From NCBI GenBank assembly GCA_947632345.1, contig CANROW010000001.1:4855-68854 (forward strand): a stretch of DNA of 64,000 nt. The letters are read 5' to 3'. How positions within the stretch are numbered: the first letter of the stretch is position 1; every line of letters starts with the position of its first letter. The notes under the pieces were generated by a model. That model did no database searches. It worked only from the letters and a program-made list of their open reading frames with translations, and was not told the DNA's origin. The DNA comes from an uncultured Bacilli bacterium (lineage in GTDB: Bacteria; Bacillota_I; Bacilli_A; RF39; UBA660). Of the stretch, positions 30,485 to 39,767 are shown piece after piece. Position numbers and translations under genes: made by a program.

Positions 30485-30937
30485 TTAGTTTTTATTTATT
30501 TTTCTTTTTCGCGAAATCAATTCTAACATTGACGATCTACTGATTTGATTTTCTATTGATAATTTTGACATATCAATGCTCATTTCTTCATTATTTTTAA
30601 AAGTTACACGTACTCTTTGACCTTCTTTTTCATATTTTTTTATATAATTATAATTTATCCAACAACAGTCATCTAATAGACTTGACTTAGTTGGGAAAAA
30701 TATAATATTTTCACTCTCTTCAATTATGATTGGCAATTTGTAACAACTATTTAACATTTTTTTTGCTGCGGATAATCTTCCTTTGTAGGTACTTCCATAA
30801 TATTCACAACTATCTTCCATTATTTCATAGGCATTTTTATCAACAACCCATTCTTTTTCTAATTCCTTTACTAACGTTTTGTTGTAACCAATAGGTATTA
30901 TTGCCATTGTTTCCTCATTAATTTCATATTCAATCAT
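30485..30937 (-). CDS. ComK-family protein (competence transcription factor family)
   Basis: 150 aa. Colinear similarity to B. subtilis ComK: IMEDSCEYYGSTYKGR against IVDRSCRFFGSSYAGR; NIIFFPTKSSLLDDCCWINYNYIKKYEK against QIFLFPTLSSTRPQCGWISHVHVKEFKA; RVRVTFKNNEEMSIDMSKLSIENQISRSSML against EVTFSNGKTMELPISYNSFENQVYRTAWL. It occupies the dnaN-recF gap. Confidence 0.6.
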   Translation of the reverse strand: MIEYEINEETMAIIPIGYNKTLVKELEKEWVVDKNAYEIMEDSCEYYGSTYKGRLSAAKKMLNSCYKLPIIIEESENIIFFPTKSSLLDDCCWINYNYIKKYEKEGQRVRVTFKNNEEMSIDMSKLSIENQISRSSMLELISRKRKINKN

Positions 30938-31039
30938 ATAAATTCCCCCTTAAACTTAAAAAAGTTATGATCAATATATATCATAACCTTTTGTCGTATT
31001 TATTCCTATTTTGTCGTGTAATTCGAATTTTGTCAATTT

Positions 31040-32164
31040 TTAGTATGTTCTTATTGGGAGAACTAGTTGTGTTAATTCATCATTGTCTTTATCTTTTAAA
31101 ATTATTGGCTTTATTTCCCCAACAAAGCTCAACTCTACTTTATCACCTGTAAATGATTTTAAAGCTTCCATCATGTATCTAGCACTAAAAGAAATCTTTA
31201 TTTCTTCATCATTATCTTTTTCAATCCCCATCTTTTCTTCAACACGTCCTATTTCAGCTGATGATGATCGCATAATCAAAGTATTTTTAGATGTTTCAAG
31301 CGTAACTATATTCTTATCTTTATCAGAGGTTAAGATACTAGCACGATCAATGACATCATACAATGCATTCAAATCAACAGTAATTTTTAATAAAGATTCA
31401 TTTGGGAATAGATTTGCTGTATTTGGATAACTTCCGCTTATTAATCTAGATTGGAAAATGATGTTATCATATTTAAATAATATTTTATTATTGAAGATAT
31501 GAATCTCTATATCATTATCGTTGTCATTCAATATTCTAGAAAATTCAATGACATTTTTACTAGGTATGACTACATTATAAGATTCTTGTGAGAAATCTTT
31601 TAATGTTATAAGTTTTCTTGCTAAACGATATGAATCAGTGGCATTACATTCCATTATATTGCCATTAATTTTAAAATTAATTCCTGTTAAAATCTGTCTT
31701 GATTCATCATTAGAAGTTGCAAAAGAAGTCTGATTAATAATAGATTTAAACACTTTATTGTTGATAAGAACAAAATTTTCTTTTAATTCTAAATTTATTT
31801 TTGGATATTCATTTTGACTAATACCATTTAAATTAAATTCACTATTTTCTGTTGAAATAAGTATTTTTAAATCATCAATAACTTCGATATTTATATATTC
31901 ATCTGGTAATTTTCTAACAATATCTAATATGTATTTACCTTGAATTATGATGATACCTTCTTTTTCAATAGTCATATCTTCTTTATTACTTTCAATAAAA
32001 GTCTGGATAGTTATATCATTATCAGAAGCTGTTAAAGTTAAGCCTTTATCATTTAACTCAAACTTAATCCCAGATAAGATAGGTATTAAGTTTTTAGTTG
32101 ATATTGCTTTTGATACCTTATTTAAATTGTCTAATAATAAATCTTTCTTAATTTTTAATTTCAT
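31040..32164 (-). CDS. dnaN: DNA polymerase III beta sliding clamp
   Basis: 374 aa with the three-domain beta-clamp pattern. Position between dnaA and recF. Confidence 0.9.
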   Translation of the reverse strand: MKLKIKKDLLLDNLNKVSKAISTKNLIPILSGIKFELNDKGLTLTASDNDITIQTFIESNKEDMTIEKEGIIIIQGKYILDIVRKLPDEYINIEVIDDLKILISTENSEFNLNGISQNEYPKINLELKENFVLINNKVFKSIINQTSFATSNDESRQILTGINFKINGNIMECNATDSYRLARKLITLKDFSQESYNVVIPSKNVIEFSRILNDNDNDIEIHIFNNKILFKYDNIIFQSRLISGSYPNTANLFPNESLLKITVDLNALYDVIDRASILTSDKDKNIVTLETSKNTLIMRSSSAEIGRVEEKMGIEKDNDEEIKISFSARYMMEALKSFTGDKVELSFVGEIKPIILKDKDNDELTQLVLPIRTY

Positions 32165-32313
32165 TTTGATTCCTTCTTTCTTTATTATTTAATTATTGTT
32201 TTTTTTATTATTACAGTTGAAACTGTTGATAAGTAATTTTTTTCTATTATTATAAGGTTTTTTATAATTTTTTACTTGTCGATAATTTGTGGAAAAAATT
32301 ATTTAATTAACAA
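32165..32313. promoter_or_regulatory. oriC segment in the dnaA-dnaN gap: DnaA boxes plus an AT-rich unwinding element
   Basis: Reverse-strand TTATCAACA at about 32224..32232 and TTTTCCACA at about 32287..32295. An extreme AT tract lies at 32185..32215 (tttattatttaattattgttttttttattatta). Confidence 0.6.
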
Positions 32314-33687
32314 CTAATGGATTTCTTTTTCAAGAATATCAATTGTTTTCGCTAGTTCTTTATTGGTTTTACTCTCTTTCTCTATTTTATCACACGAGAA
32401 CATTACAGTTGAATGATCTTTTCCACCAAAAGCCATACCAATTTTAGGAAATGATTCATCAGTGAGTTTTCGACATAAATACATAGCTATTTGTCTTGGG
32501 AAAGCGATATTAGCACTTCTCTTTTTACCAACTAAGTCCTCTACTTGTATTTTAAAATAATCAGCAACGACTTTTTGAATTTTTGCAACGTCATTCTTTT
32601 CGGTAATGACTGTTGTAGTTGCATAATCCTTTAAAGCATCTTTGGCAAGTTCAAGCGTTATTTCATCACTCTTTCCAGTATTTGCGAAATAAGAATAAGC
32701 AATCAATCTCGTTAGAGCACCTTCTAATTTTCGGACATCACCACTTATAGTTGCGGCAATGTATTGAATGACATCTTCAGGGATTTTTTTTGTTATGTTC
32801 TCCCCTACTATTTTTCTTCGTAAGATGGCGGCTCGTAACTCTAAATCTGGTGGATAGATATCAACTGCTAATCCCCACCCAAAACGTGTTTTTAAACGAT
32901 CTTCTAACTTTTTTAGGTCATTTGGGGAGGAATCTGATGATATAATTATCTGTTTATTTCCCTCGTATAAAGTATTAAAGGTGTGAAAAAATTCTTTTTG
33001 TGATTCGGTTGCCCCACCTAAGAATTGAATATCGTCAATGATGAGTACATCGATATCCCGATATTTTTGTTTAAAGAATTCGACGTAGTTAAAGTTAGTA
33101 CCACTATCGTCTTTGCGATTCATTGAAACAAAATCAGTAACAAATTGTTCACTCGTTATATAAAGTACCCGTTTATTACTATGACTGACGATATAATTTC
33201 CAATTGCATGCATCAAATGCGTTTTTCCCAGTCCACTATTACCATATATAAATAAAGGATTGTAGATACGTCCAGGATCTTCAGCAACAGCCAAGGACGC
33301 GGCGTGAGCAAAGCGATTACTATTACCAACAGCAAAATTGTCAAAAGTGTATTTTGGGGATAAATTGTTGCTGATTTGATAGGGTTCTCTCCCCTCTTCT
33401 TTTATTGATTCGTCAACAATTGAATGTTGTTCCTCTTCTATTTCCTCTTTTAGTAATAATTCGATTTCATAATTGTTGCCCGTTTCTTCAAAAAAACACC
33501 GATCAATTAAATCCTTATAATTATTGATAATGTGTTGCCTAAGCATTGCGTAAGGAACAATTATTTTCGCAACCCCATTATCTATACAGTATAATTCCAT
33601 TTCCGAAAACCAAGTGTTATAAGCTAATGAACTGAGCTCTTTTTTTATTTTGTCTAAAATATTAGACCATAAAACGTCTTTATCCAT
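32314..33687 (-). CDS. dnaA: Chromosomal replication initiator protein DnaA
   Basis: AAA+ Walker A GNSGLGKTHL, Walker B LIIDDIQF, and a C-terminal DNA-binding domain. The start was set at MDKDVLWSNI because a GGGGGAG ribosome-binding site precedes it. Confidence 0.95.
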   Translation of the reverse strand: MDKDVLWSNILDKIKKELSSLAYNTWFSEMELYCIDNGVAKIIVPYAMLRQHIINNYKDLIDRCFFEETGNNYEIELLLKEEIEEEQHSIVDESIKEEGREPYQISNNLSPKYTFDNFAVGNSNRFAHAASLAVAEDPGRIYNPLFIYGNSGLGKTHLMHAIGNYIVSHSNKRVLYITSEQFVTDFVSMNRKDDSGTNFNYVEFFKQKYRDIDVLIIDDIQFLGGATESQKEFFHTFNTLYEGNKQIIISSDSSPNDLKKLEDRLKTRFGWGLAVDIYPPDLELRAAILRRKIVGENITKKIPEDVIQYIAATISGDVRKLEGALTRLIAYSYFANTGKSDEITLELAKDALKDYATTTVITEKNDVAKIQKVVADYFKIQVEDLVGKKRSANIAFPRQIAMYLCRKLTDESFPKIGMAFGGKDHSTVMFSCDKIEKESKTNKELAKTIDILEKEIH

Positions 33688-33779
33688 TCTACCACTCCCC
33701 CCGGAATATCCAAGAATTAATTTCAAAAATATTGTAACTTAAAATGTGTAAAAAGAAAACATAAAAATTATAAAAAAAA

Positions 33780-33900
33780 ATATCAACAGCTTTTCCACAA
33801 AGTTATACACAATTTTTTAGTATATTTTGTATGGTTTTTATGATTTTTCCACATTTTCCACAAATTTTTCTTAACAAGAAAATTTTGAGTTATCAACATA
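33780..33900. promoter_or_regulatory. oriC segment upstream of dnaA: a cluster of at least five DnaA boxes
   Basis: Same-orientation 9-mers within one mismatch of TTATCCACA: TTTTCCACA at 33791, TTATACACA at 33803, TTTTCCACA at 33845 and 33854, and TTATCAACA at 33889. Confidence 0.65.
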
Positions 33901-33980
33901 TTGTTAATAATGTTAAAAATTATTGCTTTTTCATATGAAATAGTTATAATAAATGCATATGAAATTTTAAGGAGTATCTT

Positions 33981-36290
33981 ATGTGTGATTGTGTGAAATT
34001 TGACTTATTAACTTATAACGAATTGAAAGCGTTAAACATCTTTAAACATCATCCGTGTTATGCTTATCCTACCAATTATGCATTATTATTGGGAGCATAT
34101 GTTTCAGAAGTTAGTACTCTTAATGCTTTGAGTTATGATCATCTCGATTATTTTCCAACGAATGGAGTAACATTTAAAAATGGAGTCACCAATTATCCAC
34201 TTCCAGGAATGTATTTTGATAAAGAATCTCTTAATTTTATAAAATTTGATGAAAAGAGTCCCATTCTTGATTTAGATGAACAGATTGTTTCAGGAAGTAA
34301 TTTCTTTTTAGATTCTGCGGTTTGTCCTAGACCAGTTGTGAAGTATTCTCAGATATCTCAGAATATGAAAAACATTAGAATAGGGGATAATGGTATTTTT
34401 GAAGGGGATTTTGGTGAAATGCCAACATCTTTTGTGGATAAAGATTTAGAAAAACGATTAGAAAGAGAGTATCAATCAAAACAATTAAAGATTACTGGCC
34501 GAAAATATTCATATAATTCTAGACCACCTGTTGATGCTTCATATATTGTTGATTTAGATGAAAATGTCGAGTATGAGTATAATGGCAAATATTATGTTCG
34601 CTTTGTCTCTTATAATAGTGAGGAATATGGAAATGATAATAGAGTAGGATTATATGTCAATCCTAGCTATTATGTTGAAAGTGAACACCCATATTGGCTA
34701 GAAGTAAAACCAATAAAATGGCTAATTGATAAAGAAGCTGATCTTGCTGTTATGAAATATCTTCCTTTTGCTGGGATTCCTTTTTATGGAATAGAGAATG
34801 GTAAGAATGGCGAGAGAAATGCACTAGATGATTTTTTATTAGTAAATGGATTAGAAGACTTAAAAGAACAGATTATCTCATATTTTAATAAGATGTTTGG
34901 TTTTGAGGAGGAAGAAAAAGAAGTAGAAGCTTCTGAAAATTGTTATATGTATTCCTTCTTAAATAACATTTTTGCCAAAGAGATTGTTGCACCTCGTCAA
35001 ATTCAAGATTATCGAAGTGACTTTTTTATAGTTGATCAACAGGAACTTTTTCCTGTCTTTTATCAAGATAATAAAAATAAAGATGAATTTGCTGACGAAT
35101 GTATAAGATATTTACTTTCTGTTACTAAAAAAACTCTTGAACTTCTTGAACAAATTAAAGAAATTGATCAACCAAGTACCGATCCAAATGTCTTTGCTGA
35201 AAAGATTAATGAGTATCGAAAACAAGTAGAGAAAGAAAATTATGCCTATGAGACGATAAAAGAAAAAGATATTTTTGATCGATTATTATCATGTATAGTA
35301 GAAGATGAAAACGTATGCGATCTCAATAGGGAATTAAGAATAATGAATAGTTCAAATAAAACCGCACTAGCAATGCAGAGAATTATTTCAAAATTACAAA
35401 AGATTACTGAAGATTACATTCTTCAGGATATACAAACTATTTTAAATGATAAAATAAAAGATTTACTTTTTGATAAAGATTCTTTGATTCAAGAAATTGA
35501 AAACGCAGTTGCGACTAATGATGAAATTCCTGAAGAAATAAAAGATTTTTTTAAGGAGTGGAAAGATTATCCAGATGAAATAAAAGGAGATATGGTTGAA
35601 CATCTAGTTGAAGACTTTAATAACAACATAAAAAGAGATTTGTTTGATAATGCCAAAATAGAAGAAGTAATGAAAAAAGCTTTTGAAGATCAAAAGCGCT
35701 TTGAATTTGCTAATCAAGTAAATAAAGATTGGCTTGAAGCGGTTATAGGATTTATTGAAAAATACGTTGATGGTGATTATTCTCAATACTATGACGAATT
35801 TAAAAATTTAAAATATAATATGATTTTCATATATCCAGAATTGGAAGAGAGAGCTTTAAAAGATGGTTTAAAATTACATTCAGATGTTTTGTTCCTCAAT
35901 CAAATTATTGCTGACAAATATAATTTTGATAGTAAGTTAGTAGATGACGTAAAGAATTCTTTTGGATATGAAATTATGAGTATCTGTTATCAACAATTGA
36001 AAGACTTGAAACATATTCATAGCTCTGATAACTATTATGGACAAGTATTAATTAACCATTTACTAATAAGAGCTGCATTATTATTTACTGATCGTGATTT
36101 TGTTTCTGATCTTGAGAAATGTTGTGAGTATAATCAATCTAGTGGTATTGTTTCTCCGAAAATTGGAGGAAAAGAGGGGACTCTTTCTGGAACGGGAAAC
36201 GATATATTTGAAGATGCTGTAAAGAGGCATAAAAGTGAAAAGGATGAAGAATTACCAAAAATTTTAAGTCTTAGAGCTAAAAATAATTAA
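33981..36290 (+). CDS. Hypothetical 769-aa cytoplasmic protein: an N-terminal roughly 270-aa domain paralogous to the next ORF, plus a long acidic alpha-helical C-terminal region
   Basis: Ribosome-binding site AAGGAG upstream. No TM or signal peptide. Shares motifs with the ORF at 36303..37478: PRPVVKYSQ against LRPVVAYSD; YEYNGKYYVRFV against YYYNGERYVRYV; VKPIKWLIDKE against VMPIKWLVDKE. Confidence 0.5.
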   Translation: MCDCVKFDLLTYNELKALNIFKHHPCYAYPTNYALLLGAYVSEVSTLNALSYDHLDYFPTNGVTFKNGVTNYPLPGMYFDKESLNFIKFDEKSPILDLDEQIVSGSNFFLDSAVCPRPVVKYSQISQNMKNIRIGDNGIFEGDFGEMPTSFVDKDLEKRLEREYQSKQLKITGRKYSYNSRPPVDASYIVDLDENVEYEYNGKYYVRFVSYNSEEYGNDNRVGLYVNPSYYVESEHPYWLEVKPIKWLIDKEADLAVMKYLPFAGIPFYGIENGKNGERNALDDFLLVNGLEDLKEQIISYFNKMFGFEEEEKEVEASENCYMYSFLNNIFAKEIVAPRQIQDYRSDFFIVDQQELFPVFYQDNKNKDEFADECIRYLLSVTKKTLELLEQIKEIDQPSTDPNVFAEKINEYRKQVEKENYAYETIKEKDIFDRLLSCIVEDENVCDLNRELRIMNSSNKTALAMQRIISKLQKITEDYILQDIQTILNDKIKDLLFDKDSLIQEIENAVATNDEIPEEIKDFFKEWKDYPDEIKGDMVEHLVEDFNNNIKRDLFDNAKIEEVMKKAFEDQKRFEFANQVNKDWLEAVIGFIEKYVDGDYSQYYDEFKNLKYNMIFIYPELEERALKDGLKLHSDVLFLNQIIADKYNFDSKLVDDVKNSFGYEIMSICYQQLKDLKHIHSSDNYYGQVLINHLLIRAALLFTDRDFVSDLEKCCEYNQSSGIVSPKIGGKEGTLSGTGNDIFEDAVKRHKSEKDEELPKILSLRAKNN

Positions 36291-36302
36291 TAGGGGGAAA
36301 AT

Positions 36303-37478
36303 ATGCTAAAAATAAACCTAGATTTATTAAAATATGAAGATGTATATAAATTAGATATATTAGCAAAGAGCGGTTATACTTGCAGTGCAACAAATTTTGC
36401 GCGAATCTTAGGAGCAAAAGTAAGTCCTAATAAAACTAGGGAAGGGGAGTTTTTAGAAGGAACTTATTTAGAACATGATCCGTGGGATGAATATTACGAA
36501 ACGGAATGGGAAACTAAAAGTTCTGTTGTTGATAAAAGGGGAATTAAACCTTATCTAATAAGGATTATCAGTCCTGCATATGATGAAAATTCAAAATATT
36601 TTTTTGAGCGAATTAATCTTCGACCAGTAGTCGCTTATTCTGATATAGCTGATCAAGTGCGCAATGAAAAAATCAATGTTTTAGGGATAAATGAAGTTGA
36701 ATTTGGTGAATATCCACAAAGAGGGACTTCTAATCTTGGAGAGATGATGCTTACTCGTGAATTAAATGCTGGAAATCTTGTTTCTAGTGGTAAGACATAT
36801 ACTGTTGATGAGACTTATGGTAAAGCTTATAATATATCAGTTACAGAAAAGAAACTTAACGAGTATTATTATAATGGCGAAAGATACGTTAGATATGTCG
36901 TTGAAGATCCGCGTAATAGTGCTGATGCTTTTTATAAATTGAAAAAGGGAAGTATTCATTTCTTTAAAGTAATGCCAATTAAATGGTTAGTAGATAAGGA
37001 AAAAAATATTGCCATTGCTAAAAATGTTTTCTTCTGTGGATGCAAATTTGCACCATATAAAATGAATTATCATGATATGTTAAGCTATCCAAATGAATGT
37101 GGAGGATATCAACGTTACTATGATGGTGATTTTGATAAGTCAGTCATAAACCAGTTTATGAATGAACACATTGCCAATGATATAATTGTGAGTGATAGTC
37201 AAGTTAGAAAATCACTTGATGTTAGTGCTGATTTTATAGATCTATGTCAAAAGGCATTTGTTTTACCAGAAGATGTGTTGAGTGGAAATAGTGCAAAGTA
37301 TGAACAAATTGATATTCCAGGTATACAATCTGCTATTGCTAAACAGTTGGCAGCAGTTGATGATGAATACTTTGATGTCACTAAAAAATTTGTCACAGGA
37401 TTTGGTGAAAAATTAAAATGTCCATTTGATTTTATGGTTAAAGAAGAAAGAATCCGCAGAAAATCAAAACAATTTTAA
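36303..37478 (+). CDS. Hypothetical 391-aa protein, paralogous to the N-terminal domain of the upstream ORF
   Basis: Ribosome-binding site GGGGGAAAATATG. Colinear similarity to residues 1..270 of the 769-aa protein. No recognised catalytic motif. Confidence 0.5.
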   Translation: MLKINLDLLKYEDVYKLDILAKSGYTCSATNFARILGAKVSPNKTREGEFLEGTYLEHDPWDEYYETEWETKSSVVDKRGIKPYLIRIISPAYDENSKYFFERINLRPVVAYSDIADQVRNEKINVLGINEVEFGEYPQRGTSNLGEMMLTRELNAGNLVSSGKTYTVDETYGKAYNISVTEKKLNEYYYNGERYVRYVVEDPRNSADAFYKLKKGSIHFFKVMPIKWLVDKEKNIAIAKNVFFCGCKFAPYKMNYHDMLSYPNECGGYQRYYDGDFDKSVINQFMNEHIANDIIVSDSQVRKSLDVSADFIDLCQKAFVLPEDVLSGNSAKYEQIDIPGIQSAIAKQLAAVDDEYFDVTKKFVTGFGEKLKCPFDFMVKEERIRRKSKQF

Positions 37479-37596
37479 AGCATTAAATAATGTTGTGATA
37501 AAATGCTAAGTATACAAAAAATGAAGGCTTTGATAATAATGAAAAAATAAGATAATCCTCAAAAACTTTAAATAAAATAGGAGCATATTGATGTTG

Positions 37597-37632
37597 ACAA
37601 ATAATCTATTTTTTTATTATAATAATGTAGAT
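37597..37632 (+). promoter_or_regulatory. Sigma-A type promoter for rpmH
   Basis: TTGACA, a 17-18-bp spacer, then TATAAT (ttgacaaataatctatttttttattataat), about 25 bp before the rpmH ribosome-binding site GGAGGTGG. Confidence 0.45.
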
Positions 37633-37654
37633 TTTAGTTTGGAGGTGGAATTAG

Positions 37655-37777
37655 ATGAAGCGTACATATCAACCAAATAATAGAAAAAAAGCTAAAAAAC
37701 ATGGATTTTTTGCTCGTGTAGAAACAAACATTTTAAATAAACGTAGAAAAAAAGGTCGTAAAGAATTAGTTAAATAA
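37655..37777 (+). CDS. rpmH: 50S ribosomal protein L34
   Basis: 40 aa: [40 protein letters not shown]. Ribosome-binding site GGAGGTGG. This small ORF is not in the supplied track. Confidence 0.8.
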   Translation: MKRTYQPNNRKKAKKHGFFARVETNILNKRRKKGRKELVK

Positions 37778-37829
37778 ACTACTGGTAACAGTGGTTTTTT
37801 TAATATATAATATGTTCATGAGGTGTTTT

Positions 37830-38195
37830 ATGAAAAAAAAGTACATAGTCAAAGAACACAAAGATTTCAGTAAAGCAATTGATAAAGGAAAATACTATAA
37901 AGATAAAGCTTTTGTACTTTATTGTGGAAGCAACGGATTAACTCATTATCGTTTTGGTATCTCAATAGGAAAAAAGGTTGGCAACGCTGTAACTAGAAAT
38001 AAAATTAAGAGACAAATGCGTATGATTATTGATGATTATAAAAAAAACTATCAAAATGGTTTAGATTATATTATAATAATTAAGTGTAGTTATATTTCTG
38101 AAACTTTTAGTGAAATAAAAAGCTCATTTGAAAATATAATAGATAAGATTAATAAAAGTATGAATAATGAGGAGAAGAAGAATGAAAATAAATAA
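37830..38195 (+). CDS. rnpA: Ribonuclease P protein component
   Basis: Basic 122-aa protein containing the RNR-like motif NKIKRQMR. The start was set at MKKKYIVKEHKDF. Confidence 0.8.
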   Translation: MKKKYIVKEHKDFSKAIDKGKYYKDKAFVLYCGSNGLTHYRFGISIGKKVGNAVTRNKIKRQMRMIIDDYKKNYQNGLDYIIIIKCSYISETFSEIKSSFENIIDKINKSMNNEEKKNENK

Positions 38196-39111
38196 AAAGG
38201 TAAAAATATTGACGATATTACTAGTAATGGTGCTGGTTTTATCAGGATGTACGAAGACTTTGCAGGATAAAGATGGCAAAGCAGTTCAAAATCCTGAAAC
38301 AAAGCAAAGTTTAACCCAAAATATTCTTTGTAAACCAACGGATCCTGATACTATTAAAGTTTATGAACAACACGCTGATAAAGTAGATATTAATTCTTTA
38401 CCTGAATGTTCAGAGTTTAAAATCAATTCTGGTAAAGATGAAGGCTTGTGGACAAATGTGTTTGTTAAACCTCTTGCTTGGGTAATAGTTAAGATTGGTA
38501 AATGGGTAAAAAATTATGGATTATCTTTGATTATTACCAGTTTATTAATCAGATTGATTGCTTTCCCAATTACTAAAAAGACAGCTATGCAATCTGAGTT
38601 GATAGCTAAGGCTAAACCGGAACTTGATAAGATAGAAAAAAAATATGAAAATAAAACTGATCAAGAATCTATGTTTAAGAAAACGCAAGAGATAAGTATG
38701 ATTTATAAGAAATACAATATTTCTCCTGCCTCTGGTTGTTTGTATGCATTTTTACAATTGCCGCTATTTATAGCATTTTTAGAGGCAATAAATAGAATGC
38801 CAGCTATTTTTGAAGACGAACTCTTATTCTTTAAATTAGGAACATCACCAATGACAGCTATGCAAAATGGTAATTTCCTATACTTGATATTAGTTGTTAT
38901 TTTAGGATTAGTAACATATTTTTCATTTAAGCTCAATGTTTCAACTGTCCAAAACGATCAAACTAAAATGATGAATAGAACAATGGTAATAATGATTGTT
39001 GTCATGTCTCTATTTATGACAGCAGCATTAGATATATATTGGTTGACTAGTAACTTGTTTACAATTGGTCAAAATTTATTGATTAAAAGGAGTAAGATAG
39101 CACATGAATAA
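38182..39111 (+). CDS. yidC: Membrane protein insertase YidC/SpoIIIJ/OxaA family (lipoprotein type)
   Basis: Lipoprotein signal with lipobox LSGC, and the conserved YidC core with 5 TMs. Confidence 0.85.
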   Translation: MKINKKVKILTILLVMVLVLSGCTKTLQDKDGKAVQNPETKQSLTQNILCKPTDPDTIKVYEQHADKVDINSLPECSEFKINSGKDEGLWTNVFVKPLAWVIVKIGKWVKNYGLSLIITSLLIRLIAFPITKKTAMQSELIAKAKPELDKIEKKYENKTDQESMFKKTQEISMIYKKYNISPASGCLYAFLQLPLFIAFLEAINRMPAIFEDELLFFKLGTSPMTAMQNGNFLYLILVVILGLVTYFSFKLNVSTVQNDQTKMMNRTMVIMIVVMSLFMTAALDIYWLTSNLFTIGQNLLIKRSKIAHE

Positions 39112-39718
39112 ACATGAATTTGTTGGAAAAACTAGAGAAGAAGCAATTGCTCTAGCACTTGACGAGTTAAAAGCACAAGAAAAAGATTTGATTATTCAAG
39201 AAGAAGAACAAAAGGGTGGTCTATTTAAGAGTAAAAAAGTTATTCTTGAAGTAGTAAAGCGCAGTGAGGTTATTGATTTTATTAAAGAGTCAGTTCTAAA
39301 TCTTACAAAAGCAATGGGCGTTAATGCAAATATTGAGGTTAAAGTACGTGATGACGTCTTAAATATTGTTTTGTATAGTGATAATAACAATATTTTGATA
39401 GGAAAGAATGGTCGCACTATTGATGCTCTTTCTTTGATAATTAAGCAAATGATTCAAAATGAAGTAGGGGAGTCATTCAGATTTAATTTAGATGTTGCTG
39501 AATATAAATTAAAACAACAGAAGAGGTTAGAAAATTTAGTTAAGAGAACTGCTCGTGAAGTTGCAAAAACAAAAATTGATGCTAAACTAGATCCAATGAA
39601 TTCATATGAAAGACGTATTGTGCACAATATCTTGAACGATGACAAATACGTTTATACTGAGAGTGAAGGCGAGGAACCAAATCGTTACGTCGTCATCAAA
39701 TGCCGTGAAAATAAATAA
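39104..39718 (+). CDS. jag: RNA-binding protein Jag/KhpB (KH and R3H domains)
   Basis: Jag N-terminal domain, KH (IGKNGRTIDAL) and a C-terminal R3H domain (NSYERRIVH). Confidence 0.8.
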   Translation: MNKHEFVGKTREEAIALALDELKAQEKDLIIQEEEQKGGLFKSKKVILEVVKRSEVIDFIKESVLNLTKAMGVNANIEVKVRDDVLNIVLYSDNNNILIGKNGRTIDALSLIIKQMIQNEVGESFRFNLDVAEYKLKQQKRLENLVKRTAREVAKTKIDAKLDPMNSYERRIVHNILNDDKYVYTESEGEEPNRYVVIKCRENK

Positions 39719-39725
39719 AATTAAA

Positions 39726-39758
39726 GACTATTACTAATCGTAATAGCCTTTTTTTGTG
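39726..39758 (+). terminator. Rho-independent terminator after jag
   Basis: AGACTATTAC-TAATC-GTAATAGCCT hairpin (one mismatch) followed by TTTTTTTG. Confidence 0.5.
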
Positions 39759-39767
39759 ATATAAAAA

